Assembly (NCBI RefSeq): GCF_009914755.1
Contig: NC_060939.1
Source of the DNA: the human T2T-CHM13v2.0 reference genome, Homo sapiens
DNA length: 64,000 nucleotides
Reading direction: 5' to 3' (one strand)
In this document: in pieces, positions 30,801 to 42,700 of the stretch
Numbering within the stretch: position 1 is the first letter of the stretch
Layout of the letters: the number at the start of each line of letters is the position of its first letter
Notes under the pieces: model-generated
The model's input: only the letters and a program-made list of their open reading frames with translations
The model's database searches: none
What the model was told of the DNA's origin: nothing
Translations under genes and position numbers: made by a program

Positions 30801-31650
30801 TGTAAGATCTGGAGTGGATATTTGGGGCCTTTTGGGTCCTATGGTGGAAAAGAATTATCTTCTCATAAAAACTAGACAGAAGCATTCTGAGAAACTTCTT
30901 TGTGATGTGTGCATTCTTCTCACAGATTTGAACCTTTCTTTTGATTGAGCAGTTTTGAAACTCTCTTTTCGTAGAATCTGCAAGTGCATATTTAGAGTGC
31001 TTTGAGGCGTGTAGTGGAAAAGGAAATATCTTCACATAAACACTAGAGAGAAGCATTCTGAGAAACGTGTTTATGATGGGTCCATTCATCTCACAGAGTT
31101 GAAACTTTCTTTTCATTCAGCAGTTTTGAAACACTCTTTTTATAGAATCTGCAAGTGGATATTTGGAGCGCTTTGTAGAGAATGGTGGAAATGGAAATAT
31201 CTTCATATAAAAACTACGGAGAAGCATTCTGAGAAACGGCTTTGTTATGTGTGCCTTCAACTCACACAGTTGAACATTTCTTTTGATTGAGCAGTTTTGA
31301 ATCCCGCTTTTTGTAGAATCTGCAAGTGGATATTTGGAGAGCTTTGGAACCTATGGTGGAAAAGGAAATATCTTCACATAAAAACTACACAAAAGCATTC
31401 TGAGAAACTTCTTTCTGATGTGTTCATACAACTCACAGAGTTGAACTTTTCTTTTGATTGTGCAATTTTGAAACACTTCTTTTGTAGAATCTGCAAGTGG
31501 ATATTCGGAGGGTCTTGACGAGTATAGTGGAAAAGGAAATAACTTTGGACAAAAGCTAGACAGAAGCATTGTGAGAAACTTCTTTGTGATGTGTGCATTC
31601 AACTCACAGAGTTGAAACTTTTTTTTGAGGAGGTTTGAAACACTTTTTTT
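15837..31650 (+). repeat. Alpha satellite block 2, monomeric A-type; ACTACACAG type shifting to ACTAGACAG near 29 kb
   Basis: Continuous ~171-bp monomers in the same orientation, resuming in register after the L1 target-site duplication. Confidence 0.98.
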
Positions 31651-32083
31651 TTCTTATTATTATTATTCTTTAAGTTTTAGGGTAAATGTGCACAATGTGC
31701 AGGTTAGTTACATATGTATACATGTGACATGCTGGTGTGCTGCACCCACTAACCCGTCATCTAGCATTAGATATATCTCCCAATGCTCTCCGTCCCCCCT
31801 CCCCCCACCCCACAACAGTCCCCAGAGTGTGATGTTCCCTTTCCTGTGTCCATGTGTTCTCATTGTTCAATTCCCACCTATGAGTGAGAATATGAGGTGT
31901 TTGGTTTTTTGTTCTTGCAATATTTTACTGAGAATGTTGATTTCCAATTTCATCCATGTCCCTACAAAGGACATGAACTCATCATTTTTTATGGCTGCAT
32001 AGTATTCCATGGTGTATATGCGCCACATTTTTTTAATCCAGTCTATCATTGTTGGACATTTGGGTTGGTTCCAAGTCTTTGCT
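31651..32083 (-). mobile_element. 5'-truncated L1 (~0.43 kb), L1PA2/L1PA3-like
   Basis: Reverse-complement L1 3'UTR plus ORF2 C-terminus (ORF 31867-32088, ..TWNQPKCPTMIDWIKKMW..SLIGGN). Target-site duplication AACACTTTTTTT (31639-31650) / AACACTCTTTTT (32084-32095). Confidence 0.95.
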
Positions 32084-35000
32084 AACACTCTTTTTGTAGA
32101 ATCTGCAAGTGGGTTTTTGGAGCACTTTGCGGCCTATAGTGGAAAAGGATTTATATTCACATAAAAACTAGACAGAAGCATTCTGAAAAACTACTTTGTG
32201 ATGTGTGCATTCATCACAAAGAGTTGAACCTTTCTTTTGATTGAGCAGTTTTGAAACACTCTTTTTGTAGAATCTGTAAGTGGATATTTGGAGCACTTTG
32301 AGGCCTATGGTGGTAAAGGAAATATCTTCACATAAATACAACACAGAAGTATTCTGAGAAACATCTTTGCGATGTGTGCATTCATCTCACAGGTTTGAAC
32401 ATTTCTTTTGTTTGAGCAGTAGTTAAACACTGTTTTGTAGAATCTGCAGTTCGATATTTGGAGAGTTTTGAGGCCTATGTTGGTAAAGGAAATATCTTCA
32501 AATAAAATCTGGATGGAAGCAATCTGAGAAACTACTTTGTGATGTGTGCATTCAACTCAAAAAGTTGAACATATCTTTGAGGAGTTTGGAAACATTCTTT
32601 TTGTAGCATCTGCAAATGTATATTTGGAGCACTTTAAGGCCTATAGTGGAAAAGGAAATATATTCACATAAAAACCAGACAGAAGCATTCTTAGAAACTC
32701 CTTTATGATGTGTGCATTTATCTCACAGAATTCAACATTTCTTTTCATTGAGCAGTTTTGAAACACTTTTTGTGGAATCCGCAATTGGATATTTGGAACG
32801 CTTTGCCTCCTATAGTGGAAAAGGAAATATGTTCACATATAAACTATACAGAAGCATTCTGGGAATCTTCTCCATGACGAGTGCATTCATCTCACTGGGT
32901 TGAACCTTTCTTTTGATTAAATAGTTTTGAAACACTCTTTTTGTAGAATCTGCAGGTGGATGTATGGAACGCTTTAAGGCCTATGGTGGAAAAGGAAATA
33001 CCTTCACATAAAAGCTACACAGAAGCATTCTGAGAAACTTCTTTATGATGTGTGCAATCATCTCACAGAGTTGAAACTTTGTTTCGATTGAGCAGTTTTG
33101 AAACACACTTTTTGTAGAATCTGTAAGTGGATATTTGGAGTGCTTCCAGTCCTACGGTGTTAAAGGAAATATCTTCACATCAAAACTAGACAGAAGCATT
33201 CTGAGAAACTTATTTGTGATGTGTGCATTCATCTCACACAGTTAAACCTTTCTTTTGATTCAGCAGTTTTGAAACACTCTTTTTGAAGAATATGCAAGTG
33301 GATATTTGAAACGCTTTGTGGCCTATAGTGGAAAATTTTATATCTTCAAATAAAAACTAGACAGAAGCATTCTGAGAAACTTCTTTGGGATATGTGCATT
33401 CATGTCACAGACTTGAAACTTTCTTTTGATTTAGCACTTTAGAAACACCCTTTTGTAAAATCTGCAAGTGGATATTTGGAGCGCTTTGTGACCTCTAGTG
33501 GAAAAGGAAGTATCTTCACACAGAAACAAGGCAGAAGCATTCTGAGAAACCTGTTTGTGATGTGAGCATTCCTCTCACAGAGTTGAACCTTTCTTTTGAT
33601 TGAGCAGTTTTGAAACACACTTTTCGTTGAATCTGCAAGTGGATATTTGGAGAGCATTGGGGCCTATGGTGGAAAAGTAAATATCTTCATATAAAAACTG
33701 CACAGAGGTATTCTGAGAAAGTTCCTTCTGATGTGCACATTCAGCTCACCAAATTGGACCTTTCCTTTGATTGAGCAGTTTGAAACACTCTTTTGTAGAA
33801 TCTGCAATTGGATATTTGAAGCGCTTTCCAGCCTCTAGTGGAAAAGGAAATATCTTCACATGAAAACTAGACAGAAACGTTCTGCGAAACTTCTTTGTGA
33901 TGTGTGCATTCTTCTCACAGAGTTGAACTTTTCTTTTGATGGAGCAGTTTTGAAACACTCTTTTTGTAGAATCTGCAAGTGGATATTTGGAGCGCTTCCA
34001 GTCCTATGGTGTTAAAGGAAATATCTTCACATCAAAACTAGACAGAAGCATTCTGAGAAACTTCTTTGTGATGTGTGCATTCATTTCACAGGATTGAACA
34101 TTTCTTTTGATTAAGCAGTTTTGAAACACACTTTTTGTAGAATCTGAAGGTGGATATTGGGAGCACCTTGGGGCCTATGGTATAAAAGGAAATATCTTCA
34201 CATAAAAACTAGACAGAAGCATTCTGAAAACAACTTTGTGATGTGTGCATTCATCTGACTGAGTTGAAAGTTTCTTTTGATTTAGTAGTTTTGAAACGCA
34301 CATTTGTAGAATCTACCAGTGGATATTTGGAGTGCTTTGGGGCCTAAGGTGGAAAAGGAAATATCTTCACATAAAAACTAGACGGAAGCATTCTGAGAAG
34401 CTTCTTTGTGATGTGTGCACTCAACTAACACAGTTGAACCTTTCTTTTGATTGAGCAGTTTTGAAACTCTCTTTTTGTAGAATCTTCAAGTGTATATTTT
34501 TAGCACTTTGAGGCCTATGGTGGAAAAGAAAATATCTTCACATAAAAACTAGTCAGAAGCTTTCTGAGAAACTTCTTTGTGATGTGTGCATTCAACTCAT
34601 GTAGTTGAACCTTTCTTTTGATTCAGCAGTTTGGAAACAGTCTTTTTGTAGTATCTGCAAATGGATATTTGGAGAGCTTTGAGGCCTATGGTGGAAAAGG
34701 AAATATCTTCACATAAAAACTAGACAGAAGCATTCTCAGAAACTTCTTTGTGATGTGTGCATTCATCTCACAGAGCTGAAACTTTCTTTTGATTCAGCAG
34801 TTTCGAAGTACTCTGTTTATGGAATCTGCTTGTGGATTTTTGGAGCGCTTTGAGTCATGTGGTGGAAAAGGAAATATTGTCATATGAAAACTGGAAAGAA
34901 GCATTCTGAGAAAATTCTTTGTGATGTGTGCATTCAACTCACAGAGTTGAAAGTTTCTTTTGATTGAGCAGTTTGGAAACACTGTTTTTGCAGAATCTGC

Positions 35001-38000
35001 AAGTTCATATTTGTAGCGCTTTGTGGCCTATATTGGAAAAGGAAATATCTTCACATATATACAAGACAGAAGCATTCAGGGAAACTACTTTGTGATGTGC
35101 ATTCAATTCAAAGAGCTGAACATTTCCTCTGATTGAGCTGCTTGGAAAGCATCTTTCTGTAGTATCTGCAAATGGACATTTTGAGCGCTTTGAGGCCTAT
35201 GGTGGAAAAGGAAATATCTTCACATAAAAACTAGACAGAAGCATTCTGAGAAAATTATTTGTGATGTGTGCATTCAACTCACAGATTTGAACCTTTCTTT
35301 TGATTGAGCAGTTTGGAAGCAGTCTTTTTGTACTATCAACCAGTGGATATTTGGATCACTTTACATCATGGATTGGAAAAGGAAACATCTTCACATAAAA
35401 ACTAGACAAAAGCATACTGAGAAACTTCTTTGTGATGTGTCCATTCATCTCATAGAGTTAAATCTTTCTTTTGATTGAGCAGGTTTGAAACACTCTTTTT
35501 GTAGGTTCTGCAAGTGGATATTTGGAGTGCTCTGTGGCCTATAGTGGAAAAGGAAATATCTTCACATAAAAAATACACAGAAGCACTCTGAGAAATTTCT
35601 CTGTGTTGTGTGTAGTCATATCACAGACGTGAAACTTTCTTTGATACAGCAGTTTTAAAACACTCTTTTTGGAGATTCTGAAAGTAGATATTTGGAGAGA
35701 CTTGAGGCCTATGGTGGAAAAGGAAATATCTTCACATAAAAACTAGACAGAAGCATTCTGAGAAGCTTCCTTGTGATATGTGCTTCCATCTCAAAGAGTT
35801 GAACCTTTCTTTTGATTGAGCATTTTTGAAGCACTCTGTTTGTAGAATCTTCAAGTGGATATTTGGAGTGCTTTGTGGCCTGTGGTGGAAAAGGAAATAT
35901 CTTCACATAAAAACTAGACAGAAGCATTCTGAAAAACTTATTTGTGATGTGCTCATTCAACTCACAGATTTAAACTTTTCTTTTGATTGAGAAGTTTGGA
36001 AACAGTCTTTTTGTAGTACCTGCAAATGGATATTTGGAGCACTTTGGGGCCTGTGGTGGAAAAGGAAATATATACACATGAAAACTAGACAGAAACATTA
36101 TGAGAAACTGCTCTGTGATGCGTGCATTCATCACCAGAGTTGAACCTTTCTTTTGATTGAACAGTTTTGAAACACTCTTTCTGTAGAATCTGAAGGGAAT
36201 ATTTGGAGCACTTTGCGGCCTATGGTGAAAAACGAAATATCTTCACATAAAAACTAGACAGAAGCATTCTGAGAAAGTGCTTTGTGATGTGTGCATTCAT
36301 CTCACAGAGTTAAACCTTTCTTTTGATTGAGCAGTTTTGAAACACTCTTATTGTACAATCTGCAAGTGGATATTTAGAGAGTTTGAGGTCACTGGTGGAA
36401 AAGCAAATATCTTCACATAAAAACTAGACAGAACCATTCTGAGAAATCTCTTTGAGATGCATGCATTCAACTCACAGCGTTGGACCTTTCCTTTGATTAA
36501 GCAGTTTGGAAACAGTCTTTTTGCAGTATCTGCAAATGGATATTTGGAGCACTTTCAGGCCTATAGTAGGAAAGGAAATATCTTCACATAAAAACTAGAC
36601 AGAAAATTACTGAGAAACTTCTTAGTGATGTGTGCATTCATCTCACAGAGTTGAAACTTTCTTTTGATTGAGCAGTTTGGAAACACTCTTTTAGTAGAAA
36701 CTGCAAGGGGATATTTGGAGCACTTTGCGATCTATGGTAGAAAAGGATATGTTTTCACATAAAAAATAGAAGCATTCTGAGGAACTTCTTCATGACGTGT
36801 GCATTCATCTCAAAGAGTTGAACTTTTCTTTTGATTGAGCAGCTTTGAAAAACTCTTTCTGCAGAATCTGCAAGTTGATATTTGGAGTACTTTGCGGCCT
36901 ATAGTAGAAAAGGAAATATCTTCACATAAAACTAGACAGAAGCATTCTGAGAAACTTCTTTGTGATGTGTGCACTCATGTCACAGAGTTGAAACTTTCTT
37001 TTGTTTGAGCAGTTTTGAAACTCTCTTTTTGTAGAATCTTCAAGTGTATATTTTTAGCACTTTGAGGCCTATGGTGGAAAAGAAAATGTCTTCACATAAA
37101 AACTAGTCAGAAGCTTTCTGAGAAACTTCTTTGTGATGTGTGCATTCAACTCATGTAGTTGAACCTTTCTTTTGATTCAGCAGTTTGGAAACAGTCTTTT
37201 TGTAGTATCTGCAAATGGATATTTGGAGAGCTTTGAGGCCTATGGTGGAAAAGGAAATATCTTCACATAAAAACTAGACAGAAGCATTCTCAGAAACTTC
37301 TTTGTGATGTGTGCATTCATCTCACAGAGTTGAACCCTTATTTTGATTGAGCAGTGTTGAAACACTCTTTATAGAATCAGCAAGTGAATATTTGTTGCAC
37401 TTTGATGCCTATGGTGGAAAAGTAAATATCTTCACAGAAAAACCACAAAGAAGAATTCTGAGAAACATCTTTGTGCTGTGTGGTTTCATCTCTCATATTT
37501 GAACCTTTCTCTTTATTAAGCAGTTTGGTAACAATCTTTTTGTAGTATCTGCAAATGGATTTTTGGAGCTATTTGAGGCCTGTGGTGAAAAAGGAAGTAT
37601 CCTCACATAAAAACCAGACAGAAGGATGCTTAGAAACTGCTTTGTGATGTGTGCATTAATCTCACAGATTTGAAACTTTCTTTTGATTGAGCAGTTTTGA
37701 AACACTCTTTGTGTAGAATCTGCAAGTGAATATTTGGAGTACTTTGAGGCCTATGGTGGAATAGGAAATATCTTCACATTAAAACAGGAGAGAAGCATTC
37801 TGAGAAACTTCTTTGTGATGCGTGCATTCGTTTCACAGAGTTGAAACATTCCTTTGATTAAGCAGTTTACCAACTGTCATTTTGTAGAATCTACAGAGGG
37901 ATATTTGTGAACCCATTGATGCCTATGGGGTGATAGGAAATATCTTCATATAAAAACTAGACAGAAACTTTCTGAGAAACTTCTTTGTGATGTGTGCATT

Positions 38001-38791
38001 CATCTCACAGAGTTGAACCTTTCTTTTGATTGAGCAGTTTCGAAAAACTCTTTTTGTAGATTCTGCAAGTCGATATTTGGAGCGTTTTGTGTCCTATAGT
38101 GGAAAAGGTAATATCTTCACATAAAAACTTCATAAAAGCATTCTGAGAAACTTCTTTGTGATATGTGCATTCATCTCACAGGGTTTAACTTTCTTTTGAT
38201 TCAGCAGTTTGGAGCCCATCGTTTTGTAGAATCTGTGAAGGGGTATTTTTGTTCCCATTGAGGCTTATGTAGTAATAGGAAATATCTTCACATAAAAACT
38301 AAACAGAAAATTTCTGAGAAAATTCTTTGTGATATATGCTTTCATCTCACAGAGTTGAAACTTTATTTTGATTGGATAGTTTGGAATCAGTCCTTTTGTA
38401 GAATCTGTAAGTGGATATTTGGAGCGTTTTGATACCTATGGTGAAAAGGGAAATATCTTCACATTAAAAATATACAAATGCATTCTGAGAAACTTCTTTG
38501 TCTTGTGTGCATTAATTTCGCAGTCTTGAACCTTGTATTGATTGAGCAGTTTGGAAACAGTAGTTTTGTAGAATCTGTAGAGGGATATTTTTCAGCCTAC
38601 TGAGGCCTCTGGGGAAATAGGAAACATCTTCACATAAGAACTAGACAGAAGCATTCTGAGAAATTTCCTTCTGATGTGTGCATTAATTTCACAGAGTTGA
38701 ACCTTTCTTTTGATTGAGAAGTTTGGAAGCAGTCTTTCTGTAGTAACTGCAAATGGATATTTGGAGTGCTTTGAGGCATACGTTTAAAAAG
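32084..38791 (+). repeat. Alpha satellite block 3, monomeric A-type (ACTAGACAG)
   Basis: ~171-bp monomers, same orientation. Confidence 0.98.
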
Positions 38792-39670
38792 AAAAAAAAA
38801 AACAAACAAATAACCCCTTCAAAAAGTGGGTGAAGGACATGAACATACACTTCTCAAAAGAATATGTTTATGCAGCCAAAAAACACATGAAAAAATGCTC
38901 ACCATCACTGGCCATCAGAGAAATGCAAATCAAAACCACAATGAAATACCATCACACACCAATTAGAATGGCAGTCATTAAAAAGTCAGGAAACAACAGG
39001 TGCTGGAGAGGATGTGGAGAAATAGGAACACTTTTACAAAGTGGGTGGCACTGTAAACTAGTACAACCATTGTAGAAGTCAGTGTGGCGATTCCTCAGGG
39101 ATCTAGAACCAGAAATACCATTTGACCCAGCCATCCCATTACTGGGTATGTACCCAAAGGACTATAAATCATGCTGCTATAAAGACACATGCACACGTAT
39201 GTTTATTGCAGCACTAGTCACAATAGCAAAGAGTTGGAACCAACCCAAATGTCCAACAATGATAGACTTGATTAAGAAAATATGGCACATATACACCATG
39301 GAATACTATGCAGCCATAAAAAATGATGAGTTCATGTCCTTTGTAGTGACATGGATGAAATTGGAAATCATCATTCTCAGTAAACTATTGCAAGAATAAA
39401 AGACCAAACACCGCATATTCTCACTCATAAGTGGGAATTGAACAATGAGAACACATGGACACAGGAAGGGGAATGTCATACTCTGGGGACTGTTGTGGGG
39501 TGTGGTGAGGCGCAGGGATAGCATTATGAGATATACCTAATGCTAAATGACGAGTTAATGGGTGCAGCACACCAGCGTGGTACATGTATACATGTGTAAC
39601 TAACCTGCACATTGTGCACATGTACCCTAAAACTTAAAGTATAATAATAATACAATAAATAAATAAATAA

Positions 39671-39703
<33 letters not shown>
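38792..39703 (+). mobile_element. 5'-truncated L1 (~0.9 kb), L1PA3-like
   Basis: ORF2 C-terminal fragment ([10 protein letters not shown]...CWRGCGEIG..) with premature stops at ~39073 and ~39397. 3'UTR GCTAAATGACGAGTTAATGGG..CTGCACATTGTG. Inserted at TT/AAAA (38784-38789) with a short AAAAAG-type duplication (38786-38791 / 39704-39709). The 5' boundary is ambiguous in an A-rich run. Confidence 0.95.
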
Positions 39704-39705
<2 letters not shown>

Positions 39706-39706
39706 A
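39654..39706 (+). repeat. (TAAA)n microsatellite derived from the L1 poly(A) tail
   Basis: About 13 AATA units follow CTTAAAGTATAATAATAATAC. Confidence 0.92.
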
Positions 39707-42700
39707 AAGGAAATATATTCACATAAAAACTTGACAGAAGCATTCTGAGGAACTTCTTTTTCATGTGTGCATTCATTTCACAGAGTTAAAATTTTCTTTT
39801 GATTGAGCAGTTTTGAAACACTCTTTTTTTCAGAATCTGCAACTGGATATTTGGAGCATGTTGAGGCCTATGGTGGAAAAGGAAATATCTTCACATAAAA
39901 ATCAGACACAAGCATTCAGAGAAACTACTTTGTGATATGTGCATTCAACTTCCTGTGTTGAACTTTTCTTTTGATTGAGTAGTTTTAACAAACTCTTTTT
40001 GTAGTATCAGAAACTGGATATTTGTAGCGTTTTGAGGCCTATAGAGGAAAAGGAAATATCTTCACATAAAACCCAGAAAGAAGCATTCTGAGAGAATTCT
40101 CTTCGATTTCTGCATTCATCTCACAGAGTTGAACCTTTCTTTTTTGAGAAGTATTTAATCACTCTTTTTGTAGAATCTGCAAGGGGATACTTGGAGCACT
40201 TTGAGACACTTGGTGGAAAAGGTAATATCTTCACATAAAAATCAGACACAAGCATTCTGAGTAACTTCTTTGTGATGTGTGCATTCAACTCCCTGTGTTG
40301 AAACTTTCTTTTGATTGAGCAGTTTTAACACACTCTTTTTGTAGAATCTGCAAGTGGATATTTGGAGCACTTTGAGGCCTATGATGGAAAAGGAAATATC
40401 TTCACATAAAAGCTAGACAGAAGCATTCTGAGAAGGTTCTTTGGATGTATGCATTCATCTCACTGAGCTGAACCTTTCTTTTTTGAGAAGTATTTAAACA
40501 TTCTTTTTGTAGAATCTGCAAGTGGATACTTGGAGCGTTTTGAGGCCTTTGGTGGAAAGGAAATATCTTCACATAAAAACTAGACAGAAGCATTCTGAGA
40601 AACCTCTTTGTGATGTGTACATTCATCTCACAGAGTTGAGCCTTTCTTTTGATTAAGCAGTTCAGAAACACTCTTTTTGTAGGATCTGCAAGTGGATATT
40701 TGGAGCGCTTTGAGGCCTATGGTGGAAAAGGAAATATCTTCACATAAAAACTAGACAGAAGCATTCTGAGAAATTTCTTTGTGATGTGTGCATTCATCTT
40801 ACGAAGTTGAACCATTCTTTTGATTGAGCAGTTTTGAAACACACTTTTTGTAGCATCTTCAAGTGGATATTTGTAGCGCTTTGAGGCCTATGGTAGAAAA
40901 GGAAACATTGTCACATAAAATCTAGACAGAAGCATTCTGAGAAACTTCTGCCTAATGGGTGTATTCATTTCACGGAGTTGAACCTTTCCTTGGATTGAAC
41001 AGTTTGGAAACAGTCATTTTGTAGAATCTGCAGAGGGATATTTTTGAGCCCACTGAGACGTATGGGGAGATAGGAAATATCTTCACATAAAAACTAGACA
41101 GAAACTTTCTGAGAAACTTCTTTCTGATGTGTGCTTTCATCTCACAGATTTGAACTTTTCTTTTGATTGAGCAGTTTTGAAACAGTCTTTTTGTACAATC
41201 TGCAAGTGGATATTTGGGGCACTTTCAGGCCTATGGGGGAAAAGGACACATCTTCCAATAAAAACTAGACAGCAGCATTCTGAGAAGCTTATTTGTGATC
41301 TGTGCATTCATCTCACAGAGTTGAACCTTTCTTTTGATTCAGCAGTTTTGAAACTGTCATTTTGTAGAATCTGCAAAGCGATATTTGTGAGCCCATTGAG
41401 GCTTCTCAGGAGATAGGAAATATCTTCACATAAAAACTAGACAGATACTTTCTGAGAAACTATTTTGTCATGTGTGACTTCAATTCACCAGGTTGAAACT
41501 TTCTCTTTATTGATCAGTTTGGAAACAGTCTTTTTGTAGAATCTGCAAATGGATATTTGGAGCACTTTTGGCCTATGTTGAAAAATGAAATATCTTCCCA
41601 TAAAAAGTAGGCAGAAGCTTTCAGAGAAATTTCTTTGTGATGTGTGCATTCATCTCACACAGTTGAACTTTTCTTTTGATTGAGCAGTGTGGAAACACTC
41701 TTTTTGTAGAGTCTGCAAGTGGTTATTCTGAGCGCTTTGTGGTCTATAGTGAAAAAGGAAATATCTTCACATAAAATCTAGACAGAAGAATTCTGAGAAA
41801 CTTCCTTTGAATGTGTGTATTCATCTCACAGTGTTGAACCTTTTTTTGTGATTGAGCAGCTTCTAAACAGTCATTTTGTAGAATATGCAAAGGAATATTT
41901 GTGAGCCCATTGATGCCTCTGGGGAAATAGGAAATATCTTCAAATAAAAACTAGACCGAATCTTTCTGAGAAACGTCTTTGTGATGTGTGAATTCATCTC
42001 ACTGAGTTCAACTTTATTTTGATTGAGCAGTTTGGAAACAGTCTTTTTCTAGTGTCTGCAAATGGATATTTTAAGCGCTCTGAGGCCTACAGTGAAAAAG
42101 GAAATATCTTCAATATAAATCAGACAGAAGCATTCATAGAAACTTCTTTGTGATGTGTGCATTCATCTCACAGGTTAGAACTTTTCTTTTGATTGAGCAG
42201 TTTTGAAACACTCTTTTAGCAGAATCTGCAAGTGTATGTTTGCTGTGCATGAGGAATACAGTGGAAAAGGAATCTTCTTCACATGAAAACGAGACAGAAG
42301 CATTCTGAGAAACTTTTCTGTGATGGGTGCATTCATTTCACAGAGTTGAACCTTTCTTGTGATTGAGTGGTTTGGAAACTGTCTTTTCGTGTAATCTGCA
42401 GAAGGATATTTGTGCACCAATTGAGGCCTATGGGGCGATAGGAAATATGTTCACATAAAAACTAGACAGAAAATTTCTGAGAAACTTCTTTGTGATATTT
42501 GCTTTCATCTCACAGAGTTGAAACTTTCTTTTGATTGAGCAGTTTGGGAACGGTCTTTTTGTAGTATCTGCAAATGGATATTAGCAGCAATTTGAGACCT
42601 ATGGTGAAAAAGGAAATATCTTCCCATAAATACAAGGCAGAAGGATTTTGAGAAACTTCTTTGTGATGTCTGCATTCATCTTACAAAGTTGAACCTTTCT

